A stretch of DNA of 64,000 nt, from positions 805-64,804 of IMG/VR virus record IMGVR_UViG_3300048502_000104; one strand, given 5' to 3'. The translations under genes and the position numbers were made by a program. The notes beneath the pieces are model-generated. The model ran no database searches. It saw only the letters and a list, made by a program, of their open reading frames with translations, and was not told the origin of the DNA. This DNA comes from a virus. Taxonomy: Duplodnaviria; Caudoviricetes. Shown here piece after piece: positions 31,347 to 40,498 of this stretch (position 1 is its first letter; the number at the start of each line of letters is the position of its first letter).

Positions 31347-31638
31347 CTCGATCGCGGCGTCGATCGCGCTGCGGGCCGCGGAGTGCTTGGCACCGGGCCG
31401 GCCTCCCGCGTATCGCACTTTCGAGTACAGCTGCGTGGCGTTGAGCTGGTCCGGTGCCACGCCCACCTACCTGGAGAAGTACGCGGAGTTGTTTTCCCCC
31501 GTCGCTGGGGTGGCCCCTGGCTCATTCTGGCTCGACTACACGCAGCCTGGGTGGCGGCCGACGACAGAGTCGAAGTACCTCTGGCGCCTCACCGCACTGT
31601 GCTTCCTGGCCGCCATGTGCGACGCGGGGGACTTCTGA
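31339..31638 (+). CDS. Hypothetical protein
   Basis: GTG start overlapping previous gene end; C-terminal RLTALCFLAAM. Confidence 0.5.
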   Translation: MDSSIAASIALRAAECLAPGRPPAYRTFEYSCVALSWSGATPTYLEKYAELFSPVAGVAPGSFWLDYTQPGWRPTTESKYLWRLTALCFLAAMCDAGDF

Positions 31639-31817
31639 TGCGGATCCTGATCCTGGAGCTGGCGGGGGTCGCCGTGATGCTCGCGTTCCTGTGGGGCGCG
31701 TGCGCCTACCTCAACCACGAATTTCTCGTGCGCGCCGCACCGACCGCGGCCGCGCCGACCACCCCGTCCGACTGCGGACCTTACCACTGGAGGTACAACC
31801 GGCATGGACAGCATTAG
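31638..31817 (+). CDS. Small single-TM protein
   Basis: MRILILELAGVAVMLAFLWGACAYL. Confidence 0.5.
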   Translation: MRILILELAGVAVMLAFLWGACAYLNHEFLVRAAPTAAAPTTPSDCGPYHWRYNRHGQH

Positions 31818-32337
31818 CCCCGAGATCCTCGCGAGCCAGGCCAACCCGGCGGACGTCACCGAGCTGGTGTTCCAGCTGGCGTCGCGCATGACGTCGCTCG
31901 AGTCCGCGTTCAGCTCGATCGCGGTCTCGCTGCGCGAGCTGATGAATCGCACCGACGCCAAGGGCCGGCTGCCGGGCGAGGCCGGCACGCCCCAGGTTGC
32001 CGCGCAGGCCGCGACCCAGGCGTCCAAGCAGATCAAGGACGTCAAGAATCGGGTCTCGCGCGAGGTGGCGTGGGACGTGATCAAGGCGGACGCGCGGCGC
32101 TTTCGCGTGCTGCAGGCCATCGTCGAGGTGCAGCCGCGGTCCGACGGGTGCGTGTGCCTGACCACGCCGCACTTCCAGGTGGTGGGCAACCGGACCGCGG
32201 ACCAGCTCTTCCCGCATCCGGCGGACGAGGCCACCGCGACCACGCGCCTTGAAAGTGTTCGGGCCTACGCGGACGGCGTGCTCGAGGAGTTGGAGCGCGA
32301 GGACAAGATCATTCGCCTCTTCGAGACGCCGCGATGA
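31804..32337 (+). CDS. Hypothetical protein
   Basis: 177 aa, GGAGG RBS. Confidence 0.6.
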   Translation: MDSISPEILASQANPADVTELVFQLASRMTSLESAFSSIAVSLRELMNRTDAKGRLPGEAGTPQVAAQAATQASKQIKDVKNRVSREVAWDVIKADARRFRVLQAIVEVQPRSDGCVCLTTPHFQVVGNRTADQLFPHPADEATATTRLESVRAYADGVLEELEREDKIIRLFETPR

Positions 32338-32705
32338 CCGACCGGGCGGCGCGCGCCGCGTTCGTGTGGGTGCTGGTATGCGTGGGCGCGGCGTGGTCCT
32401 GCACAACTTTGCAGCCGGCGCACGCCAGCGGTGGGGTCAAGGCGGAGGTCTGCCAGGACTGGGCGGACCTGGCGCGCTTCATCGCGGACAACCGGGCCAC
32501 GACCCCGCTCGTCCAGGTGAAGCTGGCCATCCACAAGATGGTCCTCGACTACCCACGGATCTTCAAGGACCCGGACGACCTGACGTACGCGCTGGGGATT
32601 GCCGACTCGATCTACGGTCCCAGCTACAAGGACACGCCACCGGCCGACATCGAGGCCGAGATGCTCGACGCGTGCAGGGCCAATCCGCCGGAGAGCGCGC
32701 AGTGA
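32334..32705 (+). CDS. Exported hypothetical protein
   Basis: Signal-peptide-like N-terminus ending PAHA; two Cys in mature part. Confidence 0.6.
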   Translation: MTDRAARAAFVWVLVCVGAAWSCTTLQPAHASGGVKAEVCQDWADLARFIADNRATTPLVQVKLAIHKMVLDYPRIFKDPDDLTYALGIADSIYGPSYKDTPPADIEAEMLDACRANPPESAQ

Positions 32706-33244
32706 GCCGCGCGCACCCGGTGGTCTACCTGGCCGGCCCGATCGGGGGGCTGACGTTCGGCCAGGCCGACGGCTGGCGGCAGATCGCCGCCACGTATCTC
32801 GCCGAGGCGGGCATCACCGCGCTGTCGCCGCTGCGCGGCAAGAACCCTACCGAGTTCGGTGGCCAACCGCTGCGCGGAGACAACGCCTACTACCGCCGGA
32901 TCACGCAGGAGCTGTCGCAGCCGCGCGCGATCGTGGGGCGGGACTACTTCGACGCGTCGACCTGCGACCTGATGCTGGTCAACTTAACGGTCGGCCGGCA
33001 GGGGCTCGTGTCGATCGGCACCGTCTTCGAGATAGGTGTCGCGTACTCGCACAGCATTCCGATCGTGCTGGTCCGCGATCCGCTCGATACGACCCACGAC
33101 CACATCTTCATCACCGAGACCGCCACCTTCAAGGCGACGAGCCTGGTGGACGGCGTCGACCTGGCCATCGCCATCCTCGAACCGACCGCTCGTCGGCGCA
33201 GGGCGCTCCCCGAGTCCGTACTCGGTACAATCGAGCCTCGCTAA
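32702..33244 (+). CDS. Nucleoside 2-deoxyribosyltransferase / nucleotide hydrolase family
   Basis: VYLAGPI...WR...SPLR...RD...CDLMLVN...SIGTVFEIGVA...PIVLV. Confidence 0.8.
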   Translation: MSRAHPVVYLAGPIGGLTFGQADGWRQIAATYLAEAGITALSPLRGKNPTEFGGQPLRGDNAYYRRITQELSQPRAIVGRDYFDASTCDLMLVNLTVGRQGLVSIGTVFEIGVAYSHSIPIVLVRDPLDTTHDHIFITETATFKATSLVDGVDLAIAILEPTARRRRALPESVLGTIEPR

Positions 33245-33258
33245 TCAAGGGAGACTTG

Positions 33259-33567
33259 ATGGATCCGATCACTGCCACGCTCCTGGCGACCACGCTGACC
33301 TTCACGGCGGCGGACATCGACCAGACGCTGAAGATTCGCCACACGCCGGGGATGTACGAGCTGAACCCGATGCTCGGGCGCCATCCCAGCGAGGCGCGCG
33401 TCCTGGCCGACGGCGCGCTGGCGGCGGCGGCGGACGTGGCGGTCGCCGAGTTCCTGCCGCCGCTTTACGCGCGCACCTACCTCGGGGTGGCGTGCGCGCT
33501 GGAGGTTACGGTGGTCCACAACAATGCCAAGCGCGGCCTGGGGCTGCGCTGGGCGGCACACTTCTAG
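33259..33567 (+). CDS. Membrane protein
   Basis: Hydrophobic; ADIDQT...ELNPMLG...VVHNN pattern. Confidence 0.55.
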   Translation: MDPITATLLATTLTFTAADIDQTLKIRHTPGMYELNPMLGRHPSEARVLADGALAAAADVAVAEFLPPLYARTYLGVACALEVTVVHNNAKRGLGLRWAAHF

Positions 33568-33575
33568 GAGGGTTC

Positions 33576-33974
33576 ATGCCGCAACAGAATTGTTTCCTGC
33601 CCACCAACTGCGAAAGCGGTGCGGAGGGCAACTACGTCAGCTTCGTCCTGAACCGGTTCACCAAGCTGAATGCCGGCGTCCTGGGTCTGGTCCACGCCGC
33701 GGTGGGGATCTCCGGCGAAGCCGGCGAGCTGCTCGACGCCGTCAAAAAGCACTGGGTCTACGGCAAGCCGCTGGACGTGCAGAACGTGATCGAGGAGCTG
33801 GGCGACCTGGAGTTCTACGCGGCCGCCTTGCGCGCGCTGATCGGTGTCAGCCGGGAGGAAGTGATCAAGGCCAACGTCGACAAGCTACGCAAGCGCTACC
33901 CGGACGGCTACACCGACGCCCTGGCCGCCGCGCGCCTGGACAAGGTCACCGAAACTCAGATCCTGGAGAGCTGA
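33576..33974 (+). CDS. mazG: MazG-like NTP pyrophosphohydrolase
   Basis: HAAVGISGEAGELLDAVKKH...EELGDLEFY...NVDKLRKRYPDG. Confidence 0.88.
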   Translation: MPQQNCFLPTNCESGAEGNYVSFVLNRFTKLNAGVLGLVHAAVGISGEAGELLDAVKKHWVYGKPLDVQNVIEELGDLEFYAAALRALIGVSREEVIKANVDKLRKRYPDGYTDALAAARLDKVTETQILES

Positions 33975-35230
33975 TGGCCCTCGCTACGCTGGAAGAGCTG
34001 CGCCCCGCCCACGCGATCCTGGGGGCGTCGGGCGCGCACATCTGGGGTGTGTGCACCCCCAGCGCCGTCGAGGGCGTACGGGCCAACCTGCCCGACCCGC
34101 AGACAGACTACCGGGAACGTGGCACGCTCGGGCACGCGATCGTGCAGCAGAAGCTGAAGGCCAAGCTGGACGACGGCGAGGACGGTGTGCCGCCCGACTA
34201 CGACGTGGCAACCTGGAAGACCCACAGGCTGTGGGACCAGGAGCTGGAGGATCACACCGACGTCTGCGTCGACTACGCGATGGAGCGCATCGCCTACGCG
34301 AAGCTTATGGACGCCAGCGCCAAGGTCTTCGTCGAGCGCACGGTGGAGCTGTCGAAGTGGATTCCCGGGGCGTTCGGCACCGCCGACCTGATGCTGGTCT
34401 ACGGCAACACGCTGGAGGTGGCGGACTGGAAGTTCGGCCAGGGCATCCTGGTCGAGGCTGAGGGCAATTGGCAGATCCGCATCTACGGCCTGGGCGCCCT
34501 GCTGCAGTACGACGGCTTCTGGGATATCGCGAACGTCACGCTGTCGATCGTGCAGCCGGCGCGCGACTCGATCAAGCGCGAGATCCTGACCAAGGCCGAG
34601 CTCTCCACCTGGGCCGACGAGGTGCTGGTACCGGCCGCACGCCTGGCCGCGCAGGGGCTGGGCCCCTACGTGCCGGGTCCGCACTGCGGCTTCTGCAAGA
34701 TCGCGCCCGTGTGCCGGGCGCGCGCGGACGCGGCAACTACCGTGCTCGACACGCTCGAGCCCGGCCCGATCGAGTCGGGGCGCTACACGATCGCGGAGCT
34801 GGCGGCGAACCTGCAGAAGTATCGCCAGGCGCTGGCCTGGGCCGGCGACGTGCAGGAATTCCTGACTGCCCGCGCGCTCGAGGGCGCCGAGGTGCCAGGC
34901 TACGTGCTGGTCGACGGGCGCAAGAGCTACACGATCAAGGACATCCCAGCCCTGGTCGAGAAGCTGGGCAAGGAAGGTGTGCCCGAAGCGATGCTCTACG
35001 ACCGCAAGCTGGTCGGGTTCACCGAGATGAAAAACCGCATCGGCTCGCGGCTGTACAAGACCGTCGTCGAGCCGGAGCGCGTCCCCAACCCGCCGAAGAA
35101 AACGTTGGTCCCGGCGGACGACCCGCGCGCGAACAAGCCCAAGGGGCACGCGGCGGCCGTGTTCACGGACCACACCCAACCAGCCAACCAGCCAACCGGA
35201 GAGCCCGATGCCAACGCTCAACCTGCCTGA
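33974..35230 (+). CDS. DUF2800 PD-(D/E)xK (Cas4-like) nuclease
   Basis: HAILGASGAHIWGVC, ERGTLGH, FGTAD, DWKFGQG, QIRIY, IVQP, HCGFC. Confidence 0.85.
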   Translation: MALATLEELRPAHAILGASGAHIWGVCTPSAVEGVRANLPDPQTDYRERGTLGHAIVQQKLKAKLDDGEDGVPPDYDVATWKTHRLWDQELEDHTDVCVDYAMERIAYAKLMDASAKVFVERTVELSKWIPGAFGTADLMLVYGNTLEVADWKFGQGILVEAEGNWQIRIYGLGALLQYDGFWDIANVTLSIVQPARDSIKREILTKAELSTWADEVLVPAARLAAQGLGPYVPGPHCGFCKIAPVCRARADAATTVLDTLEPGPIESGRYTIAELAANLQKYRQALAWAGDVQEFLTARALEGAEVPGYVLVDGRKSYTIKDIPALVEKLGKEGVPEAMLYDRKLVGFTEMKNRIGSRLYKTVVEPERVPNPPKKTLVPADDPRANKPKGHAAAVFTDHTQPANQPTGEPDANAQPA

Positions 35231-35852
35231 CACCACGATCATCACCGGCGTGTGCCGGATCCTCTACGCGAACGACCTGTGGCAGCCGAAGATGCCGCCG
35301 AATGCCAAGGAAGAGCGCGACGAGAACGGCCAGCTCAAGATCCGCCTGAAGTACGGCTGCACGCTCCTCGTGCCCAAGACTGACACCACCACCGTCAACG
35401 GGATGCTCAAGTGCATCAACGCGGCACGGCTGCGCGGTGTCACGCTGGGCAAGTGGAGCAAGGAACGCGCGCCCCACGTCAAGTCGGTGGTGCGTGACGG
35501 CGACGCCGAGCTCGAGCAGGGCCTGAAGAAAGATCGGGTCTACGCCGGCCACTACTTCGTCAACGCGGCGACCTACTCGCCACCGGAGCTCGTCGGGCCG
35601 AACCCGCGGATCCCGCTGCCGAAGGACCGCAAGCACATCTACAGCGGCATGTTCGGCTGCGCGGAGATCAACTTCTACCCGGCCAAGGTCAACGGCAACG
35701 AGGTGATCGCCGCCGGCCTGAATTCGCTGCAGAAGGTCAAGGACGGCGAGCGCGTGGACGGCCGCGTCGACCCGAGCAGTGTCTACCAATCCTACGACAC
35801 CGACGACGGGCCCGAGGCGCCGATCGGTGGCGGCGGAGCCGTGTCCTTCTGA
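35208..35852 (+). CDS. DUF2815 single-stranded DNA-binding protein
   Basis: KYGCTLLVPK, RDGD, YSG, GLNSLQKVKDGER, acidic C-tail ending in F. Confidence 0.85.
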   Translation: MPTLNLPDTTIITGVCRILYANDLWQPKMPPNAKEERDENGQLKIRLKYGCTLLVPKTDTTTVNGMLKCINAARLRGVTLGKWSKERAPHVKSVVRDGDAELEQGLKKDRVYAGHYFVNAATYSPPELVGPNPRIPLPKDRKHIYSGMFGCAEINFYPAKVNGNEVIAAGLNSLQKVKDGERVDGRVDPSSVYQSYDTDDGPEAPIGGGGAVSF

Positions 35853-35919
35853 CGGGGGCTTTGCCGGGCGTCTGGGCACGGATTGTTGCCGGCCCGGCTT
35901 TTTTCAGGAGGTGGACACG

Positions 35920-36222
35920 ATGGCACTGAATCGAATCAAGGGTTGGCTGCTGTACCGGCTAGCCGACGCGCTGCTGGCTCTGGCGGCGTCTAATCGCGCG
36001 CTGGCCAGGCAGCGCAAGGTCAGCGAGTTCCGCCGCGCCCAGGCATCGCGGTGGTTCCAGGAATACTACGTCTGCCGCAAGCTGCTCGAGGAGTCGCGCG
36101 ACCCGTTCGAGATCAACGGAATGTTGGATGCGGACCCAACCATCCAGGCTCGCCGCGCCCAGGCGGACGCGGCCGGCGAGCCCTGCGGCTTCGATCGCGG
36201 CGGGCACTGGACCGGCGCCTGA
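35920..36222 (+). CDS. Hypothetical protein
   Basis: Start MALNRIKG, GGAGG RBS. Confidence 0.55.
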   Translation: MALNRIKGWLLYRLADALLALAASNRALARQRKVSEFRRAQASRWFQEYYVCRKLLEESRDPFEINGMLDADPTIQARRAQADAAGEPCGFDRGGHWTGA

Positions 36223-38285
36223 TGGCTTACGACGTCCTGCGCCTCGACGGCGAGACGTACGCCGCGGTGGACCTGCCCGAGGTGGGTCTGTACCGCTACG
36301 CGCGCGACCCGTCGTTCGAGATCCTGCTGATGGCCGGCCAGCTGAACGATGGGCCGGTGGTCTGCTGGGATCTGGCGCAGGGCGAGCGCATCCCGCCCGA
36401 GATTCAGCAGGCGCTGGTGAGCCCGGACGTGATCAAGGTCGCGTGGAACGCCTACTTTGAATTCGTCACGCTGCAGGAGCACTTCGTCGGGATGCAGTTC
36501 GACATCCGCCAGTGGCGCTGCAGCATGACCCACGCCATGATGCTCGGGCTGCCGGCCAAGCTGTCCGAGGCGGCCATCGCCTTGAAGCTGCCGCAGGAGC
36601 AGCGCAAGTCGGCGGTGGGGCGGCAACTCATCAAATACTTCTGCGGCCCGTGCAAGCCGACCAAGGCCAATGGGATGCGCTCGCGCAACCTGCCACGCGA
36701 CGACCCGGCGAAGTGGGAACTTTTCATAGACTATAACAAGCAGGACGTCGTCACCGAATCGTCGGTGCTGGCCGCGCTCGACGGCCTGGGCACGTTCATA
36801 CCAGGCGAAGGCGGCGACGAATGGATGCAGCGCGAGCACCGGTTCTGGGCGGAGATCGACCACCCGATCAATGCGCGCGGCGTGCCGATCGATGGCGCGT
36901 TCGTCGACGGCGCGATCAAGATGGACGGCGACTACCGCGCCGAGCTCGAGGCGAAGATGACGCGCATGGCTGGGATCGAGAACCCGAACAGCGCGCCGCA
37001 GTTCAAAGCCTGGATGTTGAAAGAGACCGGTGTGATCTGCGACGCGCTCAACAAAGAGACGATGCCCGAGTTGCTGCGCACCGCGCCCACCGATCTGGTG
37101 CGCGAGATGCTGCAGCTGCGCGAGGAGATCGCGCAGACCGCGTCCGTCAAGTACCATGCCGCACGCCGGGCCGCTGGGCCGGACGACCGCGTGCGCGGAC
37201 TGTTGCAGTTCAACGGCGCGCCGCGCACCGGGCGCTGGAGCGGACGCCTCGTGCAGATCCACAACATGAAGAAGGGGGTCAGCCCGATCTTCGACGCGCT
37301 GCGGGAGGCGGTCAAACGCGGCGACCGCGACTTCGTCGACATGTGGTTCGGCGGGGTGAACACCGCGCTCGGGCACCTGGTGCGCTCGATCTTCGCGCCC
37401 GCGCCGGGCCGCGTGTTCGTCGGTGGCGATTGGTCGGCTATCGAGGCGGTGAACCTCGCCTGGTTGGCCGATGAAAAATGGCGCCGTGAGGTGTTCGCCA
37501 CGCACGGCAAGCTGTACGAGGTGAGTGCGTCGAAGATGTTCAACGTACCCTGGTCGGAATTCCAGGCGTACATCGACCAGAAGAAAAAGCATCCACTGCG
37601 CCAGAAGGCGAAGGTGGCCGAGCTGGCGCTGGGATTCCAGGGCGGCCCTGGGGCCATGATCACGATGGGCGCGCTCGATGAAGGCATCCCCGAGTCGGAG
37701 CTGCCAGGCATCGTGGACGCGTGGCGCCTGGCGAGCCCGCGCATCAGCAACTGGGACGATGGCCTGTGGATCCGTCTGCAGAACGCGGCCATCGCGTGCG
37801 TGTTGAGCGGGCGCGCGATCGAGGTGAAGGTCGGCCCGGACAACTGCAGCGCGGTCTGGTTCGAGATCCGGCGCAACAAGCTGGGCTACAAAGTCCTGCA
37901 GATGCACCTGCCGTGCGGACGCCGGCTGTCCTACTTCGACCCGCAGGTCGCGAAGGATCCGAAGTTCGGCAAGAGCGCCGTCAACTACAAGGGTGTCAAT
38001 GACAAAAAGCAGTGGAACGTCATCTGGTCTTACGGGGGCAAGTGGACGGAGAACCTGGACCAGGCGATGGCCGCCAGCATCCTGCGCGAAGCGCTCGATG
38101 CGCTGCGCGATGACCCGGCGGCATTCCACGTTCACGACGAAATCCAGCTCGAGGAATCGATCGAGCGCGCGTCGGCGCTGGCCGCCCGGCTGAAGGCAGT
38201 GATGGAGCGGCCGCTGAAGTGGGCGCCTGGGTTGATCTTGAAGGCAGAGACGGAGATCCTGCCCTACTACCGGAAAACGGATTGA
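36222..38285 (+). CDS. polA: DNA polymerase family A (SPO2/APSE-like)
   Basis: Exonuclease DGETY, AWNAYFE, YNKQDV; polymerase DWSAIE, RQKAKVAELALGFQGG, HVHDE. Confidence 0.92.
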   Translation: MAYDVLRLDGETYAAVDLPEVGLYRYARDPSFEILLMAGQLNDGPVVCWDLAQGERIPPEIQQALVSPDVIKVAWNAYFEFVTLQEHFVGMQFDIRQWRCSMTHAMMLGLPAKLSEAAIALKLPQEQRKSAVGRQLIKYFCGPCKPTKANGMRSRNLPRDDPAKWELFIDYNKQDVVTESSVLAALDGLGTFIPGEGGDEWMQREHRFWAEIDHPINARGVPIDGAFVDGAIKMDGDYRAELEAKMTRMAGIENPNSAPQFKAWMLKETGVICDALNKETMPELLRTAPTDLVREMLQLREEIAQTASVKYHAARRAAGPDDRVRGLLQFNGAPRTGRWSGRLVQIHNMKKGVSPIFDALREAVKRGDRDFVDMWFGGVNTALGHLVRSIFAPAPGRVFVGGDWSAIEAVNLAWLADEKWRREVFATHGKLYEVSASKMFNVPWSEFQAYIDQKKKHPLRQKAKVAELALGFQGGPGAMITMGALDEGIPESELPGIVDAWRLASPRISNWDDGLWIRLQNAAIACVLSGRAIEVKVGPDNCSAVWFEIRRNKLGYKVLQMHLPCGRRLSYFDPQVAKDPKFGKSAVNYKGVNDKKQWNVIWSYGGKWTENLDQAMAASILREALDALRDDPAAFHVHDEIQLEESIERASALAARLKAVMERPLKWAPGLILKAETEILPYYRKTD

Positions 38286-38296
38286 TTGGAGGGACT

Positions 38297-38689
38297 ATGG
38301 CTGGGGAGATGACAGACGAAGCGCGGCAAGTGCTGGAGGCGATTCTCCAGCTGCACAAGTCCGGCGCGGAGGACGGCGAGACGCTAACCGACATCAGCAC
38401 CGTCGGTCGCGTTGGCGACGACGCGAACGTCGAGGCGTATCGCATCCTCGACCGCGCGGCCGGCAAGAAAGCGCCCGAGCCGCGCACGCGCAAGTGGGAA
38501 GATCGCGAGTACCTGATCGTCGAGGGGCACAAGGTCGTGTACTCGGTGATCAAGGGCGAGGGAACCCTCGTGCATCTGCACGGGGGTGGGCAACGCTGGC
38601 TGCGTGACATCCGCTGCACGGGGCCGGGCTTCCGCGCCCCACAGGTGCTGCGGGTGGCGAGCTATCTGAGGGAGGTGAACGATGAATGA
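38297..38689 (+). CDS. Hypothetical protein
   Basis: GGAGG RBS; 130 aa. Confidence 0.55.
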   Translation: MAGEMTDEARQVLEAILQLHKSGAEDGETLTDISTVGRVGDDANVEAYRILDRAAGKKAPEPRTRKWEDREYLIVEGHKVVYSVIKGEGTLVHLHGGGQRWLRDIRCTGPGFRAPQVLRVASYLREVNDE

Positions 38690-39122
38690 CGAGGTGCCAC
38701 AGACTCCGGCCGACGAGGAGATCGACAAGGTCGTCTCGGAGATCGCGGAGCACATCGAGCAGCAGCGCGTGATCGCCACCGTGCTCGAGGCGCTGGACCT
38801 GATCGTCCAGGCGGTCGACAAGCACAGCGCCGCGCCGAGGGGCCTGACGTCGCTCTTCGAGACGGAGGAAGACAAGGCATCGGGCCGCGAGTTCGTGGTG
38901 CGCATGGTCGAGTCGCCGCGCTCCGAGATGATCCGGTTCGCGGCCGCGGTCGGCGCGATCCCCGGCCTGTCACGCGAAGACGGCGTGCCTGAAGCGAGCC
39001 CGCAAGACTTCATGCTGTTCCTGCTGGCCAACTCTCTGGTCTCGCTGTTCCGTTCGGACCCGCGGGCCCTTTTCGAGAGGATGCTGTTCTCGCAGTTTCG
39101 GCTCGACAAGGTGGGCGAATGA
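38682..39122 (+). CDS. Acidic helical hypothetical protein
   Basis: 146 aa, GGAGG RBS. Confidence 0.6.
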   Translation: MNDEVPQTPADEEIDKVVSEIAEHIEQQRVIATVLEALDLIVQAVDKHSAAPRGLTSLFETEEDKASGREFVVRMVESPRSEMIRFAAAVGAIPGLSREDGVPEASPQDFMLFLLANSLVSLFRSDPRALFERMLFSQFRLDKVGE

Positions 39123-39763
39123 GCGAGGACCCGATCTTCCTGGAGGAGGTGTATGTGGTGCAGGAGCCGCCGCCCTTCGAGCCGTTCCCGAAGATTCCAC
39201 GGTGGTCGCGCGACATCGTGATCACCGAGAAGATCGACGGCACCAACGGGCGCATTGTTGTGCTGCCCGATGGCCGCTGCATCGCAGGCAGCAAGAATCG
39301 CTACCTGTCGGTCGACAGCCGGGACGGCTTCGGGTTTGCGCAGTGGGTCGAGCAGAACTACAAACTCCTCGCCATGCTCCTGGGGACCGGCACACACCTG
39401 GGCGAGTGGTGGGGCGAGGGCATCCAGCGCGGCTACGGGGTGCGCCGGAAAAAGTTCTCGCTCTTCAACGTCTCGCGCTGGGCGCACCCGTGCGAGTACT
39501 ACCCGCTTGGCGGCAAGGAGTTCTGGGGTGGCGCGTGGGCCGAGCACGCGGACGCGATCGGCCTGGACGTCGTGCCGGTGCTGTACGTCGGCGAGAACAC
39601 CAACTACTCGATCCACCTGGCACTGAGCAGGTTGCAGGTGGGTGGGAGCGTGGCCGCACCCGGCTTCACAAATCCCGAGGGCGTCATCATCTACCACACC
39701 GCGGCCAACTCGATGTTCAAAAAGACCATCGCGAAAGACGAGGAGGGCAAATGGACGAAGTGA
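39119..39763 (+). CDS. ATP-dependent RNA ligase-like nucleotidyltransferase
   Basis: FPKIPR...ITEKIDGTNG (motif I), GSKNR, GEWWG, FSLFN, EGVII, FK. Confidence 0.8.
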   Translation: MSEDPIFLEEVYVVQEPPPFEPFPKIPRWSRDIVITEKIDGTNGRIVVLPDGRCIAGSKNRYLSVDSRDGFGFAQWVEQNYKLLAMLLGTGTHLGEWWGEGIQRGYGVRRKKFSLFNVSRWAHPCEYYPLGGKEFWGGAWAEHADAIGLDVVPVLYVGENTNYSIHLALSRLQVGGSVAAPGFTNPEGVIIYHTAANSMFKKTIAKDEEGKWTK

Positions 39764-40308
39764 TCGAGGTGGTGCCGCTGGGCAATTCCGACGAGGTGTA
39801 CGCGGACCGGATCGAGGCATTGCGCCAGGAGAACGCGGCGTTGCGCGCGCGCCTGCAGGAAGCCCTCGAATACCGCGGCGACACGTTCCGGGAGATCGCG
39901 GAGGCGATCGTCGAGACGCGGCTGAACATCTACGCCGCATCGGTCACAGGTGGCGAGATGCCGGACGAGGCCCAGGCGGACGCGGCCCGGCGAGCGGACA
40001 ACCTTCGGCGGGTTATGGAGACGCCGATCTGGGCGCGCGTCAAGCGCATCCTGCGTTTCTCCGAGGTCATCCTGTGGGCGACGGTGAAAGCCTACTGCGG
40101 GGTGGCGCTGCGCAATCCGGTCGTCTGGATCAGGCCCAACGAGCAGCGCGAGTCGGGCTGGTACGAGCTGTGGCCGCACGACGACGGCCAGGTCGAAATC
40201 ATCTACAAGGGAGGCAAGGATGGGCGAGCAGTTGCAGGGCCCGGACCCCGTTCCGGGGTTCAAGCGTTACCGCTCGCACAAGGTGGTGCTGGCGGCGGAA
40301 ATCACTGA
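39751..40308 (+). CDS. Hypothetical coiled-coil protein
   Basis: Start MDEVIEVV, GGAGG RBS. Confidence 0.5.
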   Translation: MDEVIEVVPLGNSDEVYADRIEALRQENAALRARLQEALEYRGDTFREIAEAIVETRLNIYAASVTGGEMPDEAQADAARRADNLRRVMETPIWARVKRILRFSEVILWATVKAYCGVALRNPVVWIRPNEQRESGWYELWPHDDGQVEIIYKGGKDGRAVAGPGPRSGVQALPLAQGGAGGGNH

Positions 40309-40498
40309 CATCACACCGAACGGGCCGCAGGATCACTGGATCCACCTGCACGGGCGAAAGTGGTCGGTGACCAACGCGTGGTTGGAGATACACGAGCCGA
40401 AGAAGGGTTGGGTGCTGGTACTGTACCCGGATGGCTACGTCAGCGCTTCGCCGCCGGAGCCCTTCGAGGAGGGCTACGCGCTGGTGGCGGATCACTGA
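40220..40498 (+). CDS. Acb4-like putative nucleotide-signal sponge
   Basis: YRSHKVVLAAEI...GWVLVLYPDGYVSASPPEPFEEGY; pattern recalled for the Acb4-type family. Confidence 0.5.
   Translation: MGEQLQGPDPVPGFKRYRSHKVVLAAEITDITPNGPQDHWIHLHGRKWSVTNAWLEIHEPKKGWVLVLYPDGYVSASPPEPFEEGYALVADH

Noticed and set aside
33974-35230. Cas4-like nuclease as part of a CRISPR system
   Set aside because: It sits in the standard DUF2800-DUF2815-PolA replication module; no array or other cas genes.
35856-35904. GCCGGGC...GCCCGGC-TTTTTT after the SSB gene as a terminator
   Set aside because: The loop is over 20 nt, atypical for an intrinsic terminator; plausible but not supportable without folding or Term-seq.
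36066-38135. 689-aa antisense ORF over the polymerase, and similar long antisense ORFs elsewhere
   Set aside because: Typical high-GC shadow ORFs with no motifs or RBS.
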